Assembly: GCF_030144855.1 (NCBI RefSeq)
Contig: NC_082735.1
Span: 37,138,001 to 37,202,000, forward strand
Length of the DNA: 64,000 nt
From: Hypanus sabinus
Taxonomy: Eukaryota
Direction: 5' to 3'
Each line of letters begins with the position of its first letter. The stretch's first letter is position 1. This document shows positions 50,667 through 63,019 of this stretch, one piece after another. Under the pieces are notes generated by a model, which saw nothing but the letters and a program-made list of their open reading frames with translations, was not told the origin of the DNA and made no database searches. A program made the position numbers and the translations under genes.

Positions 50667-53600
50667 CTATTGAAATAATTTCAAATGAGCATTAGAGGCA
50701 AAAGAAAGAACTCACTAACTACACAAAGACAAATAAAAAGCATCTTGGACAGAACATATAGTAGTGCCTCTGGGAATTCTGAGAGAAAATAAATTCTTCA
50801 AGTTTGACGTCTATATATTGAATTTATGCTGGAGTGGGCAACAATTAAATTTACTTACTCTTTGTCCAGTTCACACTACTACTGCAGTAAAAGATCTCCA
50901 AGTATCCCTGAGAACCAATATGTTAAGCAAACATAAACCCTCGCCCTTCAAAATAGAAAAAGATTTAACCTAGCCAAACTTGCAGCTGTCTGAAAAATAT
51001 ATTTCAGATTCTGAAGAACAGTGGAAGTAGTTTTAGTGAAAAATCATTCATGTAATGCAAGACTGAGGATCAATCATAAGATACTGGTATATTATATACA
51101 AAATTACATTTGAACAGCATCTCAACACGTAAAACTTCTCTCAATACTATACTGAATGAATTATTTGTGGCTGCATCTCTTGCAGAGAAAGAATTTTGGC
51201 TACAGTACCAACTAAGTCCAACTCCATTTTGAAACAGTGCCATGGGAACTTGGATCTGAGAACACAGTTTAAAGTCTGGACTAAAGTACAGCAAGACATT
51301 CTATTGCACTCTAATGCTAACCTAGATCGCTAGTGTAAGACTTCAATTTACAGACTTCTGACAGAAGGGATTTCTCCCATTCTCTCAGTCACTTCAATCT
51401 TCTTATCCACTAATATTATATTGATAATGACAGCATTTAAGTGACAAATGATGCTGAAATGAGCCTCATCTACCTGAAGAACTTCATCAAACTGTTGAAA
51501 CTGACCTCTGAAATGCTCTTCATTTTAGGTCATTTTGCTGTGACAGGTCTAAAGGCAAGTCCTTCAGTATCTTAGCAAAATTGTTTCTTAACGTATGTAT
51601 GGACCATGACAAACACCTTGGCAAGCCTTTGGAATTAATGCATTCAGAAATATCTGTATGCTTCCTGGAAATATTTAATGGACTAGCCAACTTCCATTTA
51701 TCACCTCCATTTGACCAACTAAGCCTCTAGCACAGAATGGAGCAAAGGGTTTCCATGATGTACTTACAATATCTGTCACATCACAGCTTCGTGTGCTGTT
51801 CCTGGTGTCATTTCAGATAATGGCCTGAGATACTGGACAATTCTGATGAGCAAAACAACAAAATTCCACTGTCCCCTTCCAACTTAGATCAAGACAGTAT
51901 TTCATTGGTCCAGTAAGCTACTAGATAGCTAATGGTGCCAAGAAATTGTGGGTATATACTTTAGAGTGGTATCATCAATGGATGGATTAACGTGCATTTA
52001 TTTGCTCTCAACATAAATAAGGCTCTTAATGTGGAAATAAATGAGGATAATTCAGGGCTATCTATACGGCTATGTATCGATAATAAACAGTCTAGCAGGC
52101 TTCATTCCATGCTACAAAAAAAGCTTTAAGCAATTTGCAGATGCCATAGCCAATTCCAACTATGCCACTGAAGCTAGTCTTGGATGTTGGCTAAAACAAT
52201 AAGCATGACCAAGTCAGGCTATTGTTTCAAATAACGTGAAAGGCAGCTCTCCCACTTCAGCTACTCATGAAGAGAATTTTGCAGGACCAAGTGCTCTGGG
52301 TATACTCTTGTTGATACTGGATGACCTGCCCAGCTTTTCTGACATTTTGAGATGGGTTTCATAGTCAAGTAGCATGACACAGCCTCTAAGAATCATAATG
52401 GTAGGATACAGGACCAGCCGAACAATATCAGATTTCCCTCCCTCAGGAGCATTCACTGACAGCAATATTTTGCATCCCAATCATTTTATAGCGAACAATA
52501 CTGATTCTAATGTTATTCTAGTAAAGAATTCCCCAACTCTTCTTTCCATGGTCAGGTCTCCAAATTACAGCACTGTAATTGTTTTTGAAGATGACCAGTC
52601 AAAATGCAAAAAGTGCTGAGTTAGCAATATGGAACTTGATCAGGCATTTCTAATTGCTTCAAGGTATATGAAATAACAATCAAAGACATTTTCATCCAAT
52701 GTAGAATCAAGGAGGCTGAAGGCATCAGGGGTAATATGGTGAATTGTAAAAGCATGATTTGAACAGAAAGTTCCTGGTCTCAATGCACATCTAAGTGCTT
52801 TTCAGCCAATTAAAACTATTTTCTGCTTGAACTGTAGGGAGTATTGCACAATAGGATAATGAGCAGATCATCTGTTTTGACCAATAATGGCTGAATGATT
52901 TATATTGGCTGACACACAGAATTCACTTGTACATTACTTCCAACAGGTATAGAATTTATTTTTTATTTACACCAGAAGACCTGGACTTAAGGTGGTAATT
53001 CCAATTGTGTGTTGTTCTTTCTGAACACCTTAGATCTTGTGCTCAATAGTCCAGAGGAGGGCATCAACTTTGAATTTTCAACATGTAACATTTCAAATAT
53101 ACCTGCACTGTAAATGTTGTACCATATATAGGACTTTAAATGTGATTTCAGATTACATTTACCAAATATTAATAAATTTGCTATAAGAATTTAAGCTTGC
53201 TTTAAAACATTTAATTTTAGATCATCTGTATTTTATAATAGTATTTGTAAGTCAGGTTTAGTATATAATGCTTTGCCAATAGAGCTTTAAAAGTTGCATT
53301 CAACTACACGTTTGATTTTATATGATTTTACAATGACAGAAACAGGCCATTAACCCCAACTGGTCTGTGTTTATACACCATAGAACCTTGTCCCACCTGA
53401 CTTCATCCAGCACAAACAACATAACCTGTTCTTTTCTCCCCAAGGTATTCATGCAGCTTTTCCTTAAAAGGATCAGGCAAGAGAACCACCCCAGGAAGTA
53501 ACTCTTGTTAAAGGGCTTTCTTCTCAACTCCCTATTAGATTTACTAGCAATCAACTTAAACTTACGTAACCCTCTCCCAGAGCATAAGCTGTTCATAATA

Positions 53601-54269
53601 CTGTCTGGAGCACAATATATTTACAGCATATTCAATGTTTAATCTCACATTCTAACAGCAGATTTTAAACAGGAAACAAACTCTTTACAATCTCATTTTA
53701 AAATGAGATTTATAATATTTATAATAGGCTATTTTAATAGGTTACTATTGTTAGTAGATTACTAGTAGGTTAATAGGTTACTCTTAACTATCAGAATTAC
53801 ATAGCTAATACTTTTTGTATTTACAGTTAAATTTGAATTTGGCTTTAATAATGCTGTTTTCCAGTTTGGATTTCTTCACTACATTTATAATTCAAGTTTT
53901 TACATTAATGCATTGCAAAGTTTTCTTCATATTTTAATAAGCTCTGTTTAGAGTAATGTATAAACGAAAGTATGCAATATAGCCCTGAATGGTCCCAGCC
54001 CCAAACATCGACTGCTAATCTCCACAGACGCTGCCTGACCTGCTGAGCTCCTCCAGCATTTTGTGTGTTGCTTTGAAAAAAAAATGAAGCTTATTCTAAT
54101 ATTTAGCTGTTTACATTTCCGTAAATTAACTTGAAGTTTATGTTCAAATACACATTCTTCAATCTATTTACATTTATGAACGATTTAGTGCTATTTAAAA
54201 CTATCCTGATGCACTAAAAGTTTCGTATTTCAATGGTTTCAGTTGATTTTATTTATTCACACATATTGA

Positions 54270-54725
54270 ATGTGCGTCCTGCCGTGGCCTGAGCGGCTGG
54301 GCCTGCGGCCCCGCTTACCCGTGCTGCACCGACTGCAGTTGCAGGATGACTTGGGTCTTGTTCTCCTCCGAGCTCTCCCCCTCCAGGCTCGTGGCCTCGG
54401 CCGTCACCACCACCACGTCCCCGACAGGCACAGCGCTCGCCATTTCCCCCTCTGCTTCCGCCCGAAACGACCGACTGCCGACTGCGGGCGAGGCTGCCGG
54501 GCCCACCGGCCCACTCGCGGCCTCCGAGCGCCGCTCACCACCGAGAAATCGCCGAGGCCTCACCGTCGCTGTTTCGGCGCTTTTCCGTCACTAACGGCTC
54601 CCAGACAGCGCCAAAGACGTGCGAACGTCATCGCGTAGAACGTCAGGATGTGACGTCGGAACCCTCCGCTGCTCCAACCAACTGTGACTACCTTAACCGC
54701 CGCCATGTTTATATTGGCGTGAAGT
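54270..54725 (-). promoter_or_regulatory. CpG island / promoter of GMEB1 with ACGT/CRE-like cluster and YY1 motif
   Basis: CpG-dense block. ACGT at 54617, 54625, 54640 and 54653; GCGT at 54633; CGCCATGTT (YY1) at 54701-54709; CCAAT and TATAAA on the minus strand at 54708-54717. Confidence 0.8.
54319..54443 (-). CDS. GMEB1: Glucocorticoid modulatory element-binding protein 1, coding exon 1 (MASAVPVGDVVVV...TQVILQLQSVQH+GG)
   Basis: ATG at 54443; |GTAAGC donor; matches GMEB1 VPVGDVVVV...KTQVILQLQPVQQG. Confidence 0.92.
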
Positions 54726-55457
54726 TACTATGGCAGGAATGTGCAGTATTTCGATTTTTAGAAATATTTCTGCTCCATTAGCAATTCAAGCTGTGTTTCA
54801 TGACCTCATGATCTACTTGGTCATGGCCTTATACCTGATTGTCTCTTTGCATTGCACTTTCTGTATAATTTGAACTATATTCTGTTATTGTTTTCTTCTG
54901 CACTACCTCAATGTACTGGTGTGCTGAAAAGATCTAACTGGACGGCATGTAAAATAGCGTAGCAAAGAGTTTCTGGAGCCACATAACTTTTGTCACTTTT
55001 TGCCTATTCTCATTTTTAAAAATCTAAATAATATTTAAGAAATCCAGGGCGAATCTGCAGGCCATGTAACATGTACAGCAGTGACAATGTTTTAGGATTC
55101 ATTTATTAGGTTTTACCCAAAAATGGAACAAACACATAATTCTGTTGAGGAACCCTTAGCCCTACAACTTTCATGCATTGCATGGATTATAGTGCATCTA
55201 GATTGGTATTGAATTGGAGAGCCTGGCTGTCTCTGAATTTCCTAACATAGGTTAGAGACAGCAGAACTCTGGTCTTGAAGAGAAGTCAATTTATTTTTGT
55301 TTTGATCTGTTGGCGCTGGTTGTGAAAGTTTGAAGTTGGTCAGTAAAGAGTCAAAACTGCCATACCGATGGCTCAGATTCCAAAAGAGAAGCTAAAGCAC
55401 TTCAAATTCCCATGTGCAAATGTTCTGCAAATCATTGAGATTTGAATAAGACTAATA

Positions 55458-56598
55458 AACTCTTCTCAGGCTTCCAGCTGGATACGGGGATTGATTATAA
55501 CCGACATTTCGACGACAGCCGTCTTCTTCAAGGATGATGCCTGGACACGTCTAGTCCAGTACTTACAGCCCCAGTAGTCCATCCCTCCTGATTGATAGTC
55601 CTGATCCAATCAGGTTTCTGCTCTCCCACTTTGCTTACAATCAAATTCCAGTTCCTGCTTAGAGTGAGACCCTTGTCTTTGTTGGAATTCTTTCCCTCCA
55701 GTTTTATTTCAATGTTTTCCTCTATGAGGCGATCCCAAAAACCGTTGTCATGGCACAGTGGCATTGTGTTGTTGAAGCCAATCCAATGGCCATTGCAAAT
55801 CCAAGGTTCTGCTACTGCTGATTTCTCTGGGTAATCCAAATTGATACACCTCCTGTGCACTTTAACACAGGTTCCACTGTGCATCCCAGCTGGCCGATAT
55901 ACACTGCTCTGTATTCATCGGGAATCCTGTAAACGCCAGCCAAACTGAGTTGTAGGTCATCTTTGACCTGCATAAGCTGTGACTTGAGTTTCCTAACAGG
56001 TTTGTGGATAGTACTAATCTGGTATTTCTTCAGGGTCCTAGCAATCCTTCCAGAAACTGTAAACATCGGGAAGACAGGCGGTAGTGATGGGTTCCTCCTC
56101 ATTGTTAAGTTTCCTGCTCCTTTTAAGGGCCCGATTGATTTCCTTCACCTTGTAGCCATCCTACAGGAAAGCCGTGTGTAATTGTCTTATTTCCTCAGGA
56201 AGACTCTCTGAGTCCGAAATAGTTTTCGCATGGTAAATCAAAGTAGAAGGAACCGCTCTATGTTGGGAGGAGTGATGGTGGCTATTATTGTTGATGTGTA
56301 AGTCCGTGTGAGTGGGTTTCTGATCAACACTAGGGCTGAGGCCGCCATCCTGTTTCTGTCATATCAGAATGTTCAGGAACGGGAGACAGCCACAGTATTC
56401 TTCTCCATCTCTATTGTAATTTGAATGTTTGGATTTATACTGCTCAGATGGTCATGGAACTGTTGGAGTGCCTGGAGTCCATGAGGCTACACTACGAAAG
56501 TGTCGTCGAGGCATCTGAAGAAGCACTTAAAGCGTAAGGGTGATGAACTCTGAGCCCTCTCCATGAAGTCCATGTAGAAATTAGCAATAGCTGATAAG
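55458..56598 (-). mobile_element. Penelope/Poseidon-like retroelement relic (second lineage)
   Basis: FRCLDDTFVV (degenerate YVDD) near 56520-56490; GIY-YIG remnant AGVYRIP...VYIGQ in ORF 55812..56102. Confidence 0.8.
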
Positions 56599-56746
56599 AC
56601 TGAGAGAATAAGCACCAGAACATTTGCCTGGCAGCCACTTGCATTCATTTACTCCTGGATATTATTTATGAGACCTAAAAGGTGCATGATTGCTTTGACT
56701 GATCCTTATATGATAACTGTGCACAACAGGGGTCACTATTCCACAA

Positions 56747-56918
56747 NNNNNNNNNNNNNNNNNNNNNNNNNNNNNNNNNNNNNNNNNNNNNNNNNNNNNN
56801 NNNNNNNNNNNNNNNNNNNNNNNNNNNNNNNNNNNNNNNNNNNNNNNNNNNNNNNNNNNNNNNNNNNNNNNNNNNNNNNNNNNNNNNNNNNNNNNNNNNN
56901 NNNNNNNNNNNNNNNNNN
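56747..56918. other. Assembly gap (172 N)
   Basis: Run of N. Confidence 1.
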
Positions 56919-57055
56919 GCTATCTCTACCTTATGTAAGCCCACGGCTTATTATCAGCTATATAAAGTGTCTGTAAACTACAGTCATTTATATTTCAAAG
57001 CATCTACAGTAGATTGGTATTGAAGTGGGGGAAGTCTGTCTGTCTCTGAATTTAT

Positions 57056-57086
<31 letters not shown>

Positions 57087-57760
57087 TATAAACATCATCG
57101 TTACTTGCCGTGTTACATGTGGGTGATTGTGGTCTTGACCATGATTCTGCTTGGCAAATCTTTCTACAGAAGTGCTTTTCCATTGCCAGTGATGGGCTTT
57201 GGGGCTTCCACATTTGCCACATGATTTCATATGCTTTATTGGTGAAGATCCTTCCTCTCCTAGGGATGAGATCTTTGAAGCTTCTGATGACATTCCTGTA
57301 GTTCAGTGCTTTTATCGGATGGGGCTGCCCAACCCTCCTTCTTTCACTACCATTTTGGGACTGTCCATGGCAGAGTTTCCACTATTCCTCTAGCACCACA
57401 TTGTTTCTCATTCCGCATTCCTTCCTTCTAGCTTTTCCTCCTGGGACCATGCACGCGCCTGTTGACGGAGCCTCCTTAAGTGGATGAACTTCGTGCATCC
57501 CTCAACACTTTAAATTTTGAATTTAAGAATGCCTTATTCCACACCAGCTCCTTAATATCTGCAAAGAGTTGACATTTTAACATTGCCCATGCGCTGAGAA
57601 ACTGTCCTTGAATTGGGGTTGTTCTTTGCGAAAATGAGTGCATGGTTGAGTATGTGTGGGTGAGAGAAAAATGTGGAGGATGTGTGTGTAAGAGAGAGGA
57701 GAACGTGTATGTGAAAGTACCACTAAATATCTGTACATTTGGCTGCCTTGTGTGTTTACA

Positions 57761-58116
57761 CACTCAGTGGTCACTTTATTAAATACAGGAGTCGAGTCTG
57801 GTCTGGTCTGGTCTTCATGTGCAGTAGCCCATCCACTTCAAGGTTGGACGTGCTTGTGTTCAGAGATGTTCTTATACACACCACTGTTGTAACGCATGTT
57901 ATTTTGAGTTACTGTTGCCCTCCTGTCAGCTTGAATCAGTCTGGCCGTTCTCCTCTGACTTCTCTCGTTAACAAAGTGTTTTTGCCCACGGAACTGCCGT
58001 TCACTGGATTTTTTATTTTGTGTTTTGCACCACTCTATCTAAACTCCAGTCTGTTGTGCGTGGAAATTGCAGGAGATCAGCAATTTCTGAGATAATCAAA
58101 TCACCCTGTCTGGCAC
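57761..58116 (-). mobile_element. Truncated second copy of the same Tc1 derivative
   Basis: CACTCAGTGGTCACTTTATT terminus; ORF 58013..58198 contains ISEIADLLQFPRTT; lacks the hAT MITE insertion. Confidence 0.75.
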
Positions 58117-58519
58117 TGTGGAAGAACGAGAAAGTACGGGGAGTGTGTGTGTCCAAGAGAGAGGGAGAGAGAATTTGAATATCAGTGTTTCTATACATAT
58201 GGGTGTCATGTGCATTTATGTATAACTGATGGAAAGATCGTGTATTTATTTATGGTTGAATGTACTTTGTATGAGTGTGAGACGTATCGGATGTAGATTA
58301 ACTGTCCCATCCATTTGCAATGCAAACACAGACTGATGTCTGTATAAGTGAGTTTCCTTTACGTAATCCACTTTTAATTGTTCCTTTCCTCTCCCAGTAA
58401 TGATTTCCTTAGATGCAGACATCCCTGCAGACTCTCCAGATCATGTCTGAATTGTAACTGATAAAATGAGAATGCAGGTTATTGAAGATTTGCAGATTAT
58501 TGGCTTCACCCCTGTACAT

Positions 58520-58840
58520 AGTGTCACTTTATGGACATACAACATAAGCTAATATCATGAATTTATATTTATTGAGTTTTATTATATTTTTATGCCCATT
58601 TCATTCTTCTTTATATTAACTCCACCACTACTTTATTCCTTGTGTCACCTTATGTACAGCTTAGAGTCACTTTATGGACGTACAATCAATCATATATATA
58701 AGCTATCTTTTGTATTTATATTTATTATTGTTATTTATGTTCTCTATCTTTTGTGTGTTTTTTTTCGTGCTGCATCAGATCTGGAGTAACAATCAATTCA
58801 TCCCCCTTTGCACTCATGTACTGACAAATGAAGATCTGCA
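58520..58840 (+). repeat. LINE 3' UTR-like repeat with recurring GTCACTTTATGGAC units
   Basis: Motif recurs near 58523, 58644 and 58666 in AT-rich sequence. Confidence 0.45.
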
Positions 58841-60300
58841 ATCTGTAAATTCATATGATGGAACAGTTAGATACACACACTGTACAGTAGGGGGCAGCAG
58901 CTAGTCATTGGGCTGAAATTCGCGAACCTGTTGGTGTCTGGGTAATCAACCCCTACGATTTTCACACACCCTCTTGGGATTCGACAGTAATTCTCAAGGG
59001 GGTCACATTGTTGTCGCTCTCTTCCATGTTCCTTGTATTTTGGAGAGGAAAATTATGCTGACTGAAACAAAACATGATCTGTTTCTTAACTGGGAAGGAG
59101 ATAGACAAAAGGTATACACATCACTTGACCGGTGTAGCATAATGGGGTTATGTGAACCTCTTAGAATGCCAAAGGGATGTTGAAAACAAAACTGATCGTC
59201 CCTAACATGACTTCAAATGAGATCAGATACTTTAGGATGAATCAAGATTCGAAGGTCAAAAGGTTTACTTATTATCAAAGTATATTACCCTGAAATTCTT
59301 TTTCTCCTAATAACCATGAAACCAAGAAAGAAAGGAACAGTAGGATGATCATCATCCCACAAATCCCTCCTGCTCAGCTTTAATTGGTGAAATTACAGCC
59401 TTCTCACCACCAGGGTCCCGCACACTGCCTCTGCTTGCTGGAATCCCCCTGGAGACTGCAGAGTGTTGAAACACTCAAATTATCTCCAAACTGCAAATCA
59501 CAGTCTCCCAACAGTTCCAGAGTCACACTTGAGATGAGAAACAATCTTAAAAGACATAAAAGAAGTGAAATATATGGTTTCATGATCTATCCAGAAGATG
59601 TTGACCGAAGGCACCATCTTGACTGGAAGAACACAGCATTGATGCTAGTGACCAGTTGATATGCAGATCAGAGTGAATACTTGGGCTGTTTTTGATGATC
59701 AGTGATATCCATGGCACTGTGGGAGATTGGCCTACTGTTGCACCCTACCAGATGGCTTGAGAATAGCTAAGCTGATGATTACCATGAGATTTATTTATCA
59801 CACGTACATAAATATTCAGTAAAATGCTTTGTTTAGTTTAATAACCAACACACCCAAGGACGTGCTGGGGGCAGCCCACAAGTATCGCCACACGTTCTGG
59901 CGCACACGATGTTATTGAGTCATAAGGTCAAAGAGGCGGATCACCATTCTGTCACCCAAAGAGAGCGGATAAGGAAGAGTCAACATTTCAGACTGAAACC
60001 ATTCATGAGGAGCCTTGGCCTGAAACATCAACACTTTAGTCCTTTCTCTGGAAAGCCTGACCTGCTGCGTTCCACCAACACTGGATTTTCAGCATCTGTA
60101 GAATCTTATCTGTTTATATAATCCGTTTATATAAGTTAAGCTACAAGAAAAGTAACAATATTATACCCCAGTGTGACAGTCAACAAACGATGGGTTGATG
60201 GATAAACAGGAGTTACTCCACTGCACAGAAGTTTGACGACAATCTCTATCTGCTCGCTCTCCTGTATGTGTCCCTGCACAGCACCTTTCTGGAACAGGAC

Positions 60301-60516
60301 TGATGCACCATCAATAACTCACTCTGAGACGTAAGGTGAGATATCGGCTTTTATTGACTGGAAGAAGGAACGAACAGTGAGTGACCACCATACTACATCC
60401 TGGAGACTGAGAGGCCGGGCTCAGGCCTAGATCGCCTTTATACAGGGGTCTGTGGGAGGAGCCACAGGAGCAGTCAGCAGGGGGCATGTCCAGAAAGGTA
60501 TATGTAGTTCACCACA
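60301..60516 (-). mobile_element. Solo LTR (216 bp) with 5-bp TSD
   Basis: TG...CA ends; AGGAC at 60296-60300 and 60517-60521; minus-strand TATAAA (60442-60437) followed by AATAAA (60355-60350). Confidence 0.85.
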
Positions 60517-60988
60517 AGGACATTCTTCATGAATAGGCTGTTGGAAACAGAGTACCAGCAAACATAGAACAGCAGAGGCTAAGGTAACCGTGATTGGCAA
60601 AGTACACTGGTACATTACTAGAAACGGTCAGCCGCTGCGGATTTTGTTATTTGGTCGCAAATACTGTGGTATTTCTGCCATTTTTAAATGTTGCCTTTTC
60701 TCGATAATAGTCTTCCTAAAGAGCATAGCCAATGTGACAGACCAGTTCCACAAGCATTCATTTACCCTCCAGCACTCAACCCTTGCTTCAGATTTTCAGT
60801 ATCGGCTTGACCTATGAATAAATCTCCACAGCCTTGTTGTTTTGTTATAACCTTCACAACATCTTTCACATGAGAATTCATTATGCCCATCAGAACTTGT
60901 TACTGAAACCATAGCAATAGAATGTGCTGACTTCCTAATTAGTTAGCCCTTCATGACAGAATATTCTGATTTTATTTCAAAGATAATA

Positions 60989-62502
60989 CAGTGGATTCTG
61001 GTTAATCAGAGCACTTGCTTTTTTGGGCCAACTTTTAAAGAACAAAAACTAATTGAAAAAATATCCAGGATTCCCTTCATTTATTTGGGACAATATGCTG
61101 CTTAATTGGGACAGAAGCCTGTTGCCAAACTGTTTCTAACTAGTATCAGGCACATGTCCATACATGGCCATTGGACACTACAACATGCTGAGAGCAAACA
61201 GGTTTCTCTGATTCTATTATGTTTCTTGGATTTACTGAGAATGCCTGCAAGAAAATGAATCTCAGCATTGTAATGGTGACACATATATATACTTTGATAA
61301 TAAATTGACTTTGAACTTTAACTTGTGTCAGTTGCATGTGTTTATCTTCAAAAAACAGTAATTTTTGTCACTGATAGTTGGCTAGAAATAAGTAGTAAGA
61401 CAAACCAAAACTGTTTTTGCTCACCCACGGTTTCAAACTTTATGAGTGAAAATGCCAGAAATAGGTGGGAGTGAAAATGAAATGATCTCACTACTTCAAC
61501 AAGGGGAAAACTCCAAATAATTGGAAGGTATCAACAATCACATTGAACGTCACAACAAAAATGAAGATTTGAAGCATGCAATCATCAAAAGCATTGTACA
61601 AAGGCAGTCCATTGTCTGCACTGTGTGTCTGCACTGATTTTGTTCATTTACAGTCAATCAAGAGAACAAAGCAGTGTACAGTGGATTAATTCCTCTATCG
61701 ATAACTATTAGGAACTAATACTCAGTTTTATAGTGCTCTAGTAGTGCTGATAGTAGTACTAAGAGCAGAGAGGTAATGTTGCAGCTATATAGGACCCTGG
61801 TCAGAGCCCACTTGGAGTACTGTGCTCACTTCTGGTCGCCTCACTACAGGAAGGAAGTGGAAACCATAGAAAGGGTGCAGAGGAGATTTACAAGGATATT
61901 GCCTGGATTGGGGAGCACGCCTTATGAGAATAGGTTGAGTGAATTTGGCCTTTTCTCCTTGGAGTGACGAAGGATGAGAGGTGACCTGATAGAGGTGTTC
62001 AAGGTAATGAGAGGCATTGATCATGTGGATAGTCAGAGGCTTTTCCCCAGGGCTGAAATGGTTAGCACGAGAGGGCATAGTTTTAAAGTGCTTGAAAGTA
62101 GGTACAGAGAGCTGTTAGGGGTAAGTTTTTTACGCAGAGAATGGTGAGCGCATGGAATGGGCTGCCGGCAGCGGTGTTGAGGCATAAACAATAGGATCTT
62201 TTAAGAGACTCCTGGATGGCTACATGGACCTTAGAAAAATAGAGGGCTATGGGTAACCCTAGGTAATTTCGAAGGTAGGGACATGTTTGGCACAGCTTTG
62301 TGGGCCGAAGGGCCTGTATTGTGCTGTAGGTTTTCTATGTTTCTAATTTATTCTGTTTTTCACTTAACTACATAATTTGATACTTATTTAATCTTTTTTA
62401 TACCTATTAACTATTTCATGAAGCTTTGGCTAATTGGGGCAGCTGCTTAGTTGAGCCAATATGTACTGAACCCAATGAGTCCCAATTAACTGGAATCCAC
62501 TG
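60989..62502 (+). mobile_element. Third copy of the Tigger-type element, interrupted by a LINE-tail fragment (about 61200-61320) and a CR1 3' end
   Basis: TA|CAGTGGATTC...GGAATCCACTG; colinear with the other two copies. Confidence 0.8.
61762..62344 (+). mobile_element. CR1 LINE 3' fragment nested in the Tigger-type element
   Basis: ORF 61776..61967 (LYRTLVRAHLEYCAHFWSP); tail TTTCTATGTTTCTA. Confidence 0.9.
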
Positions 62503-63019
62503 TGTTTGTAAGTGCTCAAATGTAAACCTGAATTACATGGAATTCCTTGCCTGCAAATTCAATCCAATCAAATAAAACTGTGTAGTTTTTTAAAATAAAT
62601 ATCATAAAATATTTTAATGTCTTCCTTCGTAGTGTATATCTGCATACTTTTATTCTTTTTCCTTCTCAAGACCAACTGCGGTAAATATTTAGATGTTCTT
62701 TGATAACTTGACTAACAACCTGTTTGTCATTAAGAGCCATGGAGGCAAACCTGCATTGGCTACTCAACCACAAAGAGCATAACAGCCTGTGCCTTGTTCC
62801 TGCTTTCTGACGATATGGGTCAGGGCACCAGGATCAATTACATGCCCTATTAACTCTCCGGGCTATAACCCATTAACTGGACTGGTCAGAAATCAAGGCT
62901 GATTCTATCCAAAGCATAGATCAGTTCCTGGCTAGGTGGTCTGTTCACAACTAGAACCATGCTTGAAGGTTGAAAGAATATATTGCTTTCTATATTCCTA
63001 TTCTCTTGTTTCCCAGTGT

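Noticed and set aside
25904-54443. Assignment as GMEB2
   Set aside because: The N-terminal VPVGDVVVV/TQVILQLQ, the C-terminal motifs and adjacency to YTHDF2 fit GMEB1.
54270-54638. 122-aa plus-strand ORF antisense to GMEB1 exon 1
   Set aside because: Shadow ORF of a GC-rich coding exon.
56668-56976. ORFs spanning the N run
   Set aside because: Artefacts of the assembly gap.
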